Assembly: GCA_041743505.1 (NCBI GenBank)
Contig: JBGTMQ010000003.1
Coordinates: 25,148-89,147 of the forward strand
Length of the DNA: 64,000 nucleotides
Source: Candidatus Saccharimonadia bacterium
GTDB taxonomy: Bacteria > Patescibacteriota > Saccharimonadia > UBA4664
Direction: 5' to 3'
Positions 20,804 to 29,347 of this stretch are shown piece by piece. Each line of letters opens with the position of its first letter. The first letter of the stretch is position 1. A program made the translations under genes and the position numbers. The notes beneath the pieces were generated by a model. The model did no database searches. It saw only the letters and a list, made by a program, of their open reading frames with translations, and was not told where the DNA came from.

Positions 20804-21412
20804 GGTGCCCTCCTTTTTGTTTTGGTTTAGGTTACAAGAGCCGCTTAAATTATTAGGCGTCTCACGACGCTACTAAGCGGCTCAGGAATGATTGCAGAGT
20901 TACGGGGCGAACGATAAGCACCCTATTTTTGTGTAAATTGGCGCACGTCGCCCCGTAGTATTTCCTACCGTATAGGTAAGAAATGGGTTTGGGTTGAGTT
21001 GGCTTGCTGCCTTTTTTACACATTGTGTGTAACGCACTAATGAAATGCTTTATAGACTTGGCCCAAGACCGAACTCGGGTTCCTCCCTACCTGGTTGGTT
21101 TTGGAAGGCATTCGGCTACGATATTAAATCATAACCGCGTGCCTTCCAAAACCGATGGAGTAAGCGCGGCATTTAGGTGTGGACCCCAAATGATACTCCT
21201 GTGTATTGTGACCGTAGGGTGAACCCAGGTTAGAAAGTAAGGGGGATACTTCTAACCGGGATCTACCCTACCGTCGCCGATGGCTTTATGGGAGAAGAGA
21301 CTAGGCTTTCAATGAACTGCGGACGAGACTTGATCGGAACTATGGTCGGGAACTTTGAGGACTTTGGTCGGGACCGTTCGACTGGGAACTTGTGAACTTC
21401 GAACTTGATACT

Positions 21413-21441
21413 AATGTAGCACAAGCAGTTTCCAATGTCAA
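21413..21441 (-). promoter_or_regulatory. Sigma70-type promoter
   Basis: TTGACA-N17-TACATT with TGn extended -10 on the minus strand. Confidence 0.8.
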
Positions 21442-21680
21442 CACTTCGGCATATACTATCGCAAAATACATAATATTAGCTCTACAAAGGAATAAAAGTT
21501 CCCTATCCAGCCTATTATGTGCACCATCATCATGAGCCATGTTGATCAATTTACAACATTTATGCACAAAAAATCGAGGCTAAATCAACAAAAATAACTT
21601 GGTTATAAACTTTATAGTGATGTTGTCAAATTTACTTTTTTTCAGCCACTAACCGCCCCTTACCGAGCCGGCCACTATAC

Positions 21681-21711
21681 AATAATCGCGGCCGAATTGA
21701 CCGCGATTATT
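21681..21711 (-). terminator. trpS terminator hairpin
   Basis: aataatcgcgg...ccgcgattatt just downstream of the trpS stop. Confidence 0.7.
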
Positions 21712-21733
21712 AAATTAAATCTTAGGAAATGGC

Positions 21734-22726
21734 CTAGATCAAACCCAGCTTCTCTTTAACGTCAGCCAGTTTAGCATTAGCCAGCTCACTGGCCCTCCAC
21801 CAGCCATGCTCCAAGGCCTTATCAATCTTTTCGTTACCATCTTTCATCAGCTGCCCATGCGAATGCTGTAAAGGCTGTAGTGTCCGGACCACCAACTCGG
21901 CTAGCTCATCCTTAAACACACCATAACCTTGGCCGACATACTGCTCCTCAATCTGCTCAATCGTCTTCCCGGTCAGGCAGGAATATGTCACCAGCAGGTT
22001 GGTCAGCGCCGGCTTATCAGGCCCTGCAGACACTTGGCTACCCGAATCCGTTACCGCCCGGGTAATTTTCTTCGTAATCGCCTTTTCATCATCAGCCAGC
22101 AATATACATCCGCTAAGATCAGCGTCACTCTTACTCATCTTTTTGCTTGGGTCCTGCAAATCCATAATCCGCGCGCCCTCAGTTTGAACAGTTGGCTGTG
22201 GCACCTTGAATGTATCGCCATGAAGATTATTAAACCTCGTAGCAATATCACGCGTTAGCTCAACATGCTGCTTCTGATCATCACCGATTGGCACCTCGTC
22301 GGCGTCATACAGCAAAATATCCGCCGCCATCATCACAGGGTAGTCATATAGACCCACCAACTGACCCTCCGGGCCTTGCTTAGCCGCTTTATCCTTAAAC
22401 TGAGTCATGCGGTTAAGCTCACCCACAGTAGTGTAATTGTTAAGAATCCAGGTCAGCTCAGAGTGAGCTGGCACCTGCGACTGCATAAAGACATATGAAT
22501 GATCATGATCCACCCCCGACGCAATCAACCATGCCACAGCCGACCGGCTGTCATAGTGCAGTTTCTCCGGGTCCGGCCGGACCGTCAAAGCATGCAAGTT
22601 AGGCACGAAAAAAAAGTGCTCGCGCTCAGGATCACGGCTCATCTCACCCCAGCGCTTCATTGCCCCGATATAATTGCCAAGGGTAAGATCACCGGTCGGC
22701 TTCACGCCCGATACGACTCGCTTCAC
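21734..22726 (-). CDS. trpS: Tryptophan--tRNA ligase
   Basis: SGVKPTG, TLGNYIGA (HIGH-like), YPVMMAADIL, GDDQKQH, KMSKS. Confidence 0.97.
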   Translation of the reverse strand: MKRVVSGVKPTGDLTLGNYIGAMKRWGEMSRDPEREHFFFVPNLHALTVRPDPEKLHYDSRSAVAWLIASGVDHDHSYVFMQSQVPAHSELTWILNNYTTVGELNRMTQFKDKAAKQGPEGQLVGLYDYPVMMAADILLYDADEVPIGDDQKQHVELTRDIATRFNNLHGDTFKVPQPTVQTEGARIMDLQDPSKKMSKSDADLSGCILLADDEKAITKKITRAVTDSGSQVSAGPDKPALTNLLVTYSCLTGKTIEQIEEQYVGQGYGVFKDELAELVVRTLQPLQHSHGQLMKDGNEKIDKALEHGWWRASELANAKLADVKEKLGLI

Positions 22727-22792
22727 GTCGCTGTCCTCATTAATGCTTAAGTAAACTATACCCTGTTTGTTTCTACCCCGGCAAACCTGGAC

Positions 22793-23863
22793 CTAGTCAT
22801 CCTGCTGCGGTTTATCTAGCACCAATGCCTCAACCGCAGGTGCAGTATCGGCAATCCTAATCACATCTTTATCAACCTTCTTAAGTTCACGATGGGCATT
22901 ATTAAAGTGACCCACCGTCGTTCCAAGTGAACTACCCAGTTTTTGCATGTATGTTTCGTGAGCTACAATATGCTGACCCAACTCCCCTACCCGCTTCTGT
23001 ATATCCTTGGCTTTTTCCTCAATTTGCAGACTCCGCAAGCCCTGCATTACCGTCTGAAGATAGGCCATAAATGATGTAGGACTTACAATGATTACTCGCT
23101 TATCCCGAAATGCATACTCAATAAGATCCCGCGCATTTGTCTGCAAAGTACCCACCTTATTAATGAGTAAATCATAATAAACAGCCTCACTAGGTATGAA
23201 CATAAAGGCAAAATCCATGGTATTCTCAGCCGGCCGAATGTATTTGGAAGTCTCATCAATCCGGGCTTTAAGGTCATTCTTTATCGCCTTAATTAATGCA
23301 TCCTGACGAGTCTTATCTTTCTCCTCCACCAGACGGTTATAATTTTCCAGCGAAAATTTAGAATCTACTGGCAGCAATTTACCTTTATCCAAATAGATCA
23401 CAGCATCGACAATTTCGCCGTCATTAAACTTGTACTGAAGCGAGAACCGCTCTGGCGGCAAAACATTCTCCAGCACCGTTTGTAAAAAATATTCGCCCAA
23501 AACGCCGCGTTGTTTCGGATTCTGCAGTGTGTTTTGGAGCAGCTTCAATTCATCAGTAATACTCAACACCTGTTTATTACTAGCTTTTAGCTCAGTCAAA
23601 TCACGAGTCACCTCGCCAATCAGCCGCGACGAAGCCGCAAACTGCTGCTGCATCGCCGAACGCATACTGTCGTTTGTTTTATCGAGCCGGGTATTCAGCG
23701 TTTGATGAATCCCCTGCAGGTCCTGCTTGATCAGCCCCAGCGCTGCATCATTCTTCATGCCATCCCGAAGCTCGCGCATCTGCCGGTTCATAACATTAAT
23801 AATAACTACGAAACCACCCACGACCGCAAGCAACACAATCACTAGTAGAATAATCATTTCCAT
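22793..23863 (-). CDS. rmuC: DNA recombination protein RmuC
   Basis: N-terminal TM + coiled coil, NPKQRGVLGE, VDSKF, DFAFMFIPSEAVY, SPTS; start MEMII at 23863. Confidence 0.92.
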   Translation of the reverse strand: MEMIILLVIVLLAVVGGFVVIINVMNRQMRELRDGMKNDAALGLIKQDLQGIHQTLNTRLDKTNDSMRSAMQQQFAASSRLIGEVTRDLTELKASNKQVLSITDELKLLQNTLQNPKQRGVLGEYFLQTVLENVLPPERFSLQYKFNDGEIVDAVIYLDKGKLLPVDSKFSLENYNRLVEEKDKTRQDALIKAIKNDLKARIDETSKYIRPAENTMDFAFMFIPSEAVYYDLLINKVGTLQTNARDLIEYAFRDKRVIIVSPTSFMAYLQTVMQGLRSLQIEEKAKDIQKRVGELGQHIVAHETYMQKLGSSLGTTVGHFNNAHRELKKVDKDVIRIADTAPAVEALVLDKPQQDD

Positions 23864-23924
23864 TGCCAAAGTATACCAGTCAAAGCATAACCGAACAAGA
23901 TGCGAACAAACCACCTCAAAAAAT

Positions 23925-23954
23925 AGACCAGGTGACTGTTGTGTCACCTGGTCT
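23925..23954 (-). terminator. Hairpin terminator
   Basis: agaccaggtgac...gtcacctggtct followed by a T-run on the minus strand. Confidence 0.7.
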
Positions 23955-23964
23955 CCGGCCTACT

Positions 23965-24453
23965 TCACTTGTCATTGAAGCTGGCAATCACTCGTTCACC
24001 AGGACCTGAAGCTACATCGGACAATTCATAGGCCCACTCACACAGCTCATACATCTCTCTCGCCCACATAGTTTCTGGCTGGTACATAAAACCCTGGAGC
24101 TGACTCCGAAGCTCAGTCAAAGGTTTTATTGTTTCCCCGCTCAGCTGAGCCAGACTGGCAGTGGTATGGCGCAGCGTACCGGGCAGCTGGTCCTGCTTCA
24201 TCACTTCCTTCGCCGCTCGAACTAGCAGATCAACCACCGCACTGGCCGTACCATTCCCATCATCAGAGATAAGCCGGCGGCCATGGCGCCGGATATTAAT
24301 CTCACTTTGAATGTGAGTTCTCAGCCGGCCAATCGCCTCACTCTCCTCCCTTGTCAACACACTACGACCGGTTGCAACAGCTTCAAACACGTTACAAACC
24401 ATGGCCAGGTGCAACATTGGGATTGAACCTCCTGGCTGCATTTTGTCAAGCAT
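23965..24453 (-). CDS. Hypothetical helical protein, paralog 1
   Basis: Shares CNxFEAVxxGR and QPxxxWAxxMYxL motifs with 25396-25857. Confidence 0.75.
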   Translation of the reverse strand: MLDKMQPGGSIPMLHLAMVCNVFEAVATGRSVLTREESEAIGRLRTHIQSEINIRRHGRRLISDDGNGTASAVVDLLVRAAKEVMKQDQLPGTLRHTTASLAQLSGETIKPLTELRSQLQGFMYQPETMWAREMYELCEWAYELSDVASGPGERVIASFNDK

Positions 24454-24576
24454 ACTCACCCCTATCGGAAGTCAATGCCGCTTTAGTTTCTATCATCCCG
24501 GATGAAATCTCAAGCATAGCCGGACAAAAAGCGCATAATAGGTGCGGACATATCAACTGGACAGTTCCAAACCATC

Positions 24577-25377
24577 ATGAACTATTCACTCTCCTACCAA
24601 GATAACAACCACGGCCAACCAACCGTTGTATTCCTGCACGGCATGGCCGGATCAAGCCGCTATTGGCAGCCAGTTATCAGCCAACTTCCCCCAACCTACC
24701 GCACTATCTGCCTGGACCTCCTAGGATTCGGCCACTCACCTAAACCAGCCAGCATCGATTATTCTTACGAGGATCATCTTCAAGCCATCACGGCAACACT
24801 CGACCAACTCACCCCCACTAACCCAATTATCTTGGTCGGTCATTCCATGGGAGCGCTATTGGCATTCCGATTGGCCAACCGGCAACCAAATCGAGTCCGG
24901 CATCTGATACTCATTAGCCTACCCCTATTTTTCTCGCCCGAAGAAGCTAAGCACGAGCTTACCCGTGGTCGCTGGCTACTCCGCATAACCTATTACGGGC
25001 CGACTTCCCGCCTGCTTTGTAATACCATATGCGCCAATCCAATCCTCGGCCCTTGGGTCTACCGCCATTTGTTCCCGCATATGCCGGCCGATATCGCTAA
25101 TGACATCCGACTGCATACCTGGACGTCTTACGATCGCTCCCGCCACCAGATTATAGAACATCAAACAGCCCGGCAGGACCTAGAAAACGTTGCGAGCTCT
25201 ACAACAATATTAATGGGCCAAAACGATCAGTTCTATAGCACCCGCAGTAGACGCTTCAAACACCAAACTCCAACCGCCAAGTTAGTCGTCGCCGATGGTG
25301 GCCACCATTTGCCCCTTGAGCAACCTCAACTCGTAGCCGGTATCATTCAACAAAAATCAGCCGGGCAAACCATATAG
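24577..25377 (+). CDS. Alpha/beta-fold hydrolase
   Basis: FLHGM, DLLGFGHS, GHSMG nucleophile elbow, GGHHLP. Confidence 0.92.
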   Translation: MNYSLSYQDNNHGQPTVVFLHGMAGSSRYWQPVISQLPPTYRTICLDLLGFGHSPKPASIDYSYEDHLQAITATLDQLTPTNPIILVGHSMGALLAFRLANRQPNRVRHLILISLPLFFSPEEAKHELTRGRWLLRITYYGPTSRLLCNTICANPILGPWVYRHLFPHMPADIANDIRLHTWTSYDRSRHQIIEHQTARQDLENVASSTTILMGQNDQFYSTRSRRFKHQTPTAKLVVADGGHHLPLEQPQLVAGIIQQKSAGQTI

Positions 25378-25395
25378 TTCACCCGGCTTCCCGCA

Positions 25396-25857
25396 TTAAC
25401 CTCGGGACAACGCCTCCATCTTGGCCAAATCATACGCCCGGTCCACCAGCCTATACATCCTTGTGGCCCATGCTGAATCAGGCTGTTTGCGAAATCTGCG
25501 AAGGTCAGCCCTGAGATCTGCCAGAGCATCCAAGCCCTGTTGCCCCGCATCACCCAACAACCGGTAACGCTGACGCGACCGGTGTGAAACATCCTCCGAT
25601 CTGGCCAGCTCCCGGGCAGCCTGGGTCAAATGCTCCATGATAACTCTGCCAAAAGGCTCGGGCATCTGTCGCGCTTCGTAGGAGCCCAAAACTCGGTTCT
25701 CTATTTCATGACTTGCATAGCAAGTAAGCCGGTCAACGGCACCACGCTCCTCAACACTAAGGCCGGTCCTGCCGTTGCTAACAGCCTCAAAAATATTGCA
25801 AAGCTGCGCAAAAAACACCGCCAAATCTAGCGGCTCATGCAACTCACTGCCAGACAT
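25396..25857 (-). CDS. Hypothetical helical protein, paralog 2
   Basis: Paralog of 23965-24453; start MSGSEL with GGAG RBS. Confidence 0.75.
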   Translation of the reverse strand: MSGSELHEPLDLAVFFAQLCNIFEAVSNGRTGLSVEERGAVDRLTCYASHEIENRVLGSYEARQMPEPFGRVIMEHLTQAARELARSEDVSHRSRQRYRLLGDAGQQGLDALADLRADLRRFRKQPDSAWATRMYRLVDRAYDLAKMEALSRG

Positions 25858-25951
25858 ACTCCACTCCCCACTCTCGCAGATAGTAGCCCTATAGTTATCG
25901 GCTATTACTGGCCAAGATACAAACCACCATAACAAACTGTCGCTCTTTTTA

Positions 25952-26392
25952 CTACGGCTCCAATGTCTTAATCACCGCATTCAGCGATCGCTCCAGCGCC
26001 GTTTCATCCTGCAAACTCAAGGGCTCCAGCATCCGGTGCTGACAGGCCACTATCACCTTGCCGGCATCAAAGGCCGCCTGCTCGCCTTTCTTGGTCAGCG
26101 CCAGCACATTCTCACGCTTACTTCGCGGATTCGACCGCTGCGTCACCAGGCCGCGCGAACCCAGCACCTCTGCCTGGCGCGTTACGACTGCCGGTGTTAC
26201 CCCGAGACTAGTGGCCAATTCGCGCTGGCTTACCTCCCCCAGCGCCAACAGGCCATTCAGTACCCGGAATTGAGAAAAGGTCAGTGCGAAACTGACCTTT
26301 AGCTCTTGTTCCACCTCTTGCTCAAGTCTGTTTGCGACCCGGGCAATTTTGTTGAGAAGTGATTTCTCGAAATGAGAATTCCTTACCTGCAC
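25952..26392 (-). CDS. MarR family transcriptional regulator
   Basis: LTFSQFRVL, SQRELA..LGVTPAVVTR, L..RGLV, LTKKG. Confidence 0.88.
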   Translation of the reverse strand: MQVRNSHFEKSLLNKIARVANRLEQEVEQELKVSFALTFSQFRVLNGLLALGEVSQRELATSLGVTPAVVTRQAEVLGSRGLVTQRSNPRSKRENVLALTKKGEQAAFDAGKVIVACQHRMLEPLSLQDETALERSLNAVIKTLEP

Positions 26393-26413
26393 AATTCATT
26401 GAACTCCATAAAC

Positions 26414-26442
26414 AATATACCCCTAAACAATTTAGGGGTCAA
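26414..26442 (-). promoter_or_regulatory. marR promoter with overlapping palindromic operator
   Basis: TTGACC-N17-TATATT; ACCCCTAAA-caa-TTTAGGGGT (26419-26439) fills the spacer. Confidence 0.75.
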
Positions 26443-26782
26443 TACTTTTTATGGTTTTTCTTTGGGTTAAACGCTTAGTTTCCCTGCCCTATCTGGCAAA
26501 ACAGCTGCAGACAGGCATAAAGAACCCAAATATTTTACCCGTACGGACTCTGAATGGCGTAAACAATTACCTTCTGCCGTATCCAACCAACAGGTTATCC
26601 ACAGCCTATGCACACCCCCAATCAAAAACACCGAACACTTGTCATTAACCTCTGACATATGTTCGGTGTGAAACGTAAGCGGTTACTATATTGTACGACT
26701 AACAATAAATTCTCATCCGGCCGGCAATCAGCAAGCAACCGTAAAGCATATATCTACTCAATGGATTAATCCCACAAAAATA

Positions 26783-26813
26783 GACCCTTGTGAGCAACTT
26801 GCTCACAAGGGTC
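26783..26813. terminator. Perfect 15-bp inverted repeat, terminator of the desaturase gene
   Basis: gacccttgtgagcaa-c-ttgctcacaagggtc, T-run follows on the minus strand. Confidence 0.75.
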
Positions 26814-26823
26814 AAAGCAGCCG

Positions 26824-27774
26824 TTAGACTACTGCTCGCTTGGACTCAATCCGTGCCCGGTCCGGCCACTGTACATGGTACACCAACCGGAAGCGCTCAA
26901 GCAGCCAGATAACACCCGCCGAGATATCAATCTGCCCTCGCAGCACCCCATGACGGGCACTGCTGGAGTCAGCATGATGGTAGTTGTGCCAAGCCTCACC
27001 CAACGAGGGCAACGCCAGCCACCACACATTGCCGGACCGGTCAGTCGACGCAAAGGGCCGCCTACCTGTGACGTGACAGATCGAGTTAATCGAAAACGTC
27101 ACGTGGTTCAACAAGCCAATCCGTACCAAGCCGGCCCAAAAGAATGCCGTTACGGCTCCTTGCCACGACATCCACCACAAGCCGCCAATCAATGCCGGCA
27201 GCAACAACGACACCACCACCAACGCCGGGAATGCCCTCGATACCCGCATAATAGCCCGGTCTTTCACCAGATCGCGGGCATACTTACGCGGCGAGGCATC
27301 CTCGCTGTCGAAAAACCAACCGACATGGGCATGGAACAAACCCTTTAGTAATGCCGAAACCGAGTCACCGTATAACCAGGGCGAGTGCGGATCTCCGAGC
27401 TTGTCCGAAAACAAATGGTGCTTGCGGTGATCAGCCACCCACTGCGCCACCGGACCTTCGATGGCCAAGCTACCGGCTATCGCCAAGGCAATACGAACCG
27501 GCCGTCGAGCCTTAAAAGCACCGTGAGTGAAATGACGGTGATAACCGACAGTCACCCCCAAACAGCTAACCACGTAAAAGATAACCGCCAGCACCACATC
27601 GCGCCAACCCAGACCCCAGCCCCAGGCCACCGGGACCGCCGCGATAAGCGCCAAGAATGGCACCACTATAAACACACCCAAGATGAACAGCTTCGTGCGC
27701 GACTTACCGCCGACTTCAGGCGCCTCACCCGGCGGCTCTCCGGAAGTCTCCGATATTTCAAACTGCTGTGTCAT
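26824..27774 (-). CDS. Delta-9-type acyl-CoA/acyl-lipid fatty acid desaturase
   Basis: His boxes HRHFTH, HRKHH, HNYHH; GDPHSP; NSICH; start MTQQ at 27774. Confidence 0.93.
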   Translation of the reverse strand: MTQQFEISETSGEPPGEAPEVGGKSRTKLFILGVFIVVPFLALIAAVPVAWGWGLGWRDVVLAVIFYVVSCLGVTVGYHRHFTHGAFKARRPVRIALAIAGSLAIEGPVAQWVADHRKHHLFSDKLGDPHSPWLYGDSVSALLKGLFHAHVGWFFDSEDASPRKYARDLVKDRAIMRVSRAFPALVVVSLLLPALIGGLWWMSWQGAVTAFFWAGLVRIGLLNHVTFSINSICHVTGRRPFASTDRSGNVWWLALPSLGEAWHNYHHADSSSARHGVLRGQIDISAGVIWLLERFRLVYHVQWPDRARIESKRAVV

Positions 27775-27916
27775 GTACCACTCGCATTCCAGTAGACGAT
27801 AGATTACCTGTAACATCCTTATCGTAACAAAAAAGACGCCCTAAAGGCTTGATTCACCAACAAATATATAGTACAAATCAGTTGTATTGCCCCTTTCCAG
27901 ATAGAAGGTACACTCC

Positions 27917-28276
27917 ATGTCCCTAGTCCAGATACTCAAGCTCATCGAGGCCAACCCAAGCCACATCAACCCCAATACCTCCATCGAGGAGGAAATCGGC
28001 TATGGCTATGCCAGGCAAATTGTTGATGCCGCCGAACGAGTACTCAACTTGTATCGCGAATCAATCCAACTCGAACTAAGTGACAAACAGCGCCGGGCTC
28101 TGCACAGGCGTCTGCTTATTGCCGCCGGACGCGTCCAAGGGCTTATCGAATACGATGATACTCATGGCCGCACTGGTAGCATCCGCCAACAGCATGCCCA
28201 GCGTAACCTACGGCTATTCAACAATATCGCCGAAGAATTGGGAATGGAACCACAAGCACTGCATGCACTGCTCTGA
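27917..28276 (+). CDS. Hypothetical protein
   Basis: 119-aa ORF with GAAGG RBS, divergent from the desaturase. Confidence 0.65.
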   Translation: MSLVQILKLIEANPSHINPNTSIEEEIGYGYARQIVDAAERVLNLYRESIQLELSDKQRRALHRRLLIAAGRVQGLIEYDDTHGRTGSIRQQHAQRNLRLFNNIAEELGMEPQALHALL

Positions 28277-28341
28277 CAATCCAAACATGCCACCGGGGCA
28301 CAATCAAGTACTCCGGTGGCATAAATCAATCGAAATAATCC

Positions 28342-28417
28342 TGGTCGGGGTGAAAGGACTTGAACCTTCGACCTCAGCGTCCCGAACGCTGCGCGCTACC
28401 AACTGCGCCACACCCCG
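28342..28417 (-). tRNA. tRNA-Pro(CGG)
   Basis: CGGGGTG acceptor stem, TGGCGCAGTTGGTAGC D-arm, anticodon arm CAGCG-TT-CGG-GA-CGCTG, GGTTCAAGTCC T-arm, encoded CCA. Confidence 0.96.
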
Positions 28418-28440
28418 ATGCCACAAAGAACCTGGCTATG

Positions 28441-29346
28441 TTACTGCATTTGGCCCCCTTCGTCCAGCTCAACATGCATGATTTGAGCAGCTGTCAGGAC
28501 ATAAGCATGAAGCCAGGCCAACCGGCCGGTAAAAAATGTCGATGATTCAACCGCCTTCTGAAGCTGGGCAACCTGCTCCCGGTGACCATCCAGCCCGCCC
28601 TCAGACTTTGGTGTCTCAATAGCTACCTCACCGTCATAAAACGTGTATCCCAATGCGCCAAGACCCTGCCAACGCATCATCCGCAGCCGGGAGATCACCA
28701 GTGATTCAAGAGTACCCACAATAAGATCACCCGCCACCGACGACTTCAGCACCTCAGCCGCTGGCTCTGCAGGTCGAAAATACTCACCGAGCGTATCCGT
28801 CATTAACCCCATATCAACCGGTTGTAATGAATCGGCCAACACCTTGAGCCGGGCCAGCCCTGAGCGAAAACCAGGCGCCACCCTGAAGAAACCCACCACA
28901 TTAACCGGCTCTACCACAAACGTTGGCCGCTGATCCATCGCGTAACCCTCAGCCACCTCAGCTTCAATGCGCTCACGGGCTGGCTCTACCTCCCGGTCCA
29001 TGTACAGCGCCAGCTGCTGACGGCCTTCAGCATATTCCATCGGCGCCCCGACAACCCGGTGAAGCACCCGGTCCACATAAGCCGTTGTAAAAACTCCATA
29101 GCCCAAATGAAACTGTGATGGAACTCCTACAACAAACAGTTCCTCAGCCCGAGCCGCTCCATTAATAGATTGCCAAAGATTCGTTGAAACGGCCGGCCGG
29201 CCCTCGGCAAACCGCAGCCCTGATTGCAACAGATCGGCAGTGCCCATAGCCGTATCACCGGAGCCGGCACCCGGCACCACAAACCGGACTGCGGACAACG
29301 TTTGATCGCCATGCCCAGATACTAGTTTAAGTCGGGACAAATTCAC
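28441..29346 (-). CDS. Hypothetical protein
   Basis: 301-aa ORF starting 1 nt after the SprT-like stop; no recognised motif. Confidence 0.65.
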   Translation of the reverse strand: MNLSRLKLVSGHGDQTLSAVRFVVPGAGSGDTAMGTADLLQSGLRFAEGRPAVSTNLWQSINGAARAEELFVVGVPSQFHLGYGVFTTAYVDRVLHRVVGAPMEYAEGRQQLALYMDREVEPARERIEAEVAEGYAMDQRPTFVVEPVNVVGFFRVAPGFRSGLARLKVLADSLQPVDMGLMTDTLGEYFRPAEPAAEVLKSSVAGDLIVGTLESLVISRLRMMRWQGLGALGYTFYDGEVAIETPKSEGGLDGHREQVAQLQKAVESSTFFTGRLAWLHAYVLTAAQIMHVELDEGGQMQ

Positions 29347-29347
29347 C

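Larger units (their letters stand above)
20663..21406 (-). ncRNA. Candidate large structured RNA (~745 nt), unclassified
   Basis: Consensus-like promoter upstream, 5' AGU(U)C repeats, 8 hairpins with G-U pairs and a GNRA loop favouring the minus strand, 3' terminator, no long ORF. Confidence 0.7.

Noticed and set aside
20838-20883. Group II intron domain V resemblance (GAGCCG...GUGA...CGGCUC)
   Set aside because: 46 nt rather than ~34, no AC bulge geometry, no domain VI with a bulged A, no RT gene and no interrupted host gene
20663-21000. T-box riboswitch or Phe attenuator upstream of pheST
   Set aside because: No AGGGUGGNACCGCG T-box before the terminator (AATAGGGTGC is only a partial match and lies inside another stem); the sORF has one Phe codon; the operon has its own candidate promoter after the terminator
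21290-21350. Group I intron R-like motif AGAGACTAG on the + strand
   Set aside because: No matching P/Q/S elements, and G-U evidence and the promoter indicate the minus strand
21310-21408. CRISPR array
   Set aside because: Repeats are only 4-9 nt with irregular short spacing; no cas genes in the window
26594-26602. Perfect DnaA box TTATCCACA as oriC
   Set aside because: Single box without a cluster or dnaA/dnaN nearby
23965-28417. tRNA-Pro-anchored integrated island or prophage
   Set aside because: No integrase and no duplicated tRNA 3' end found by eye
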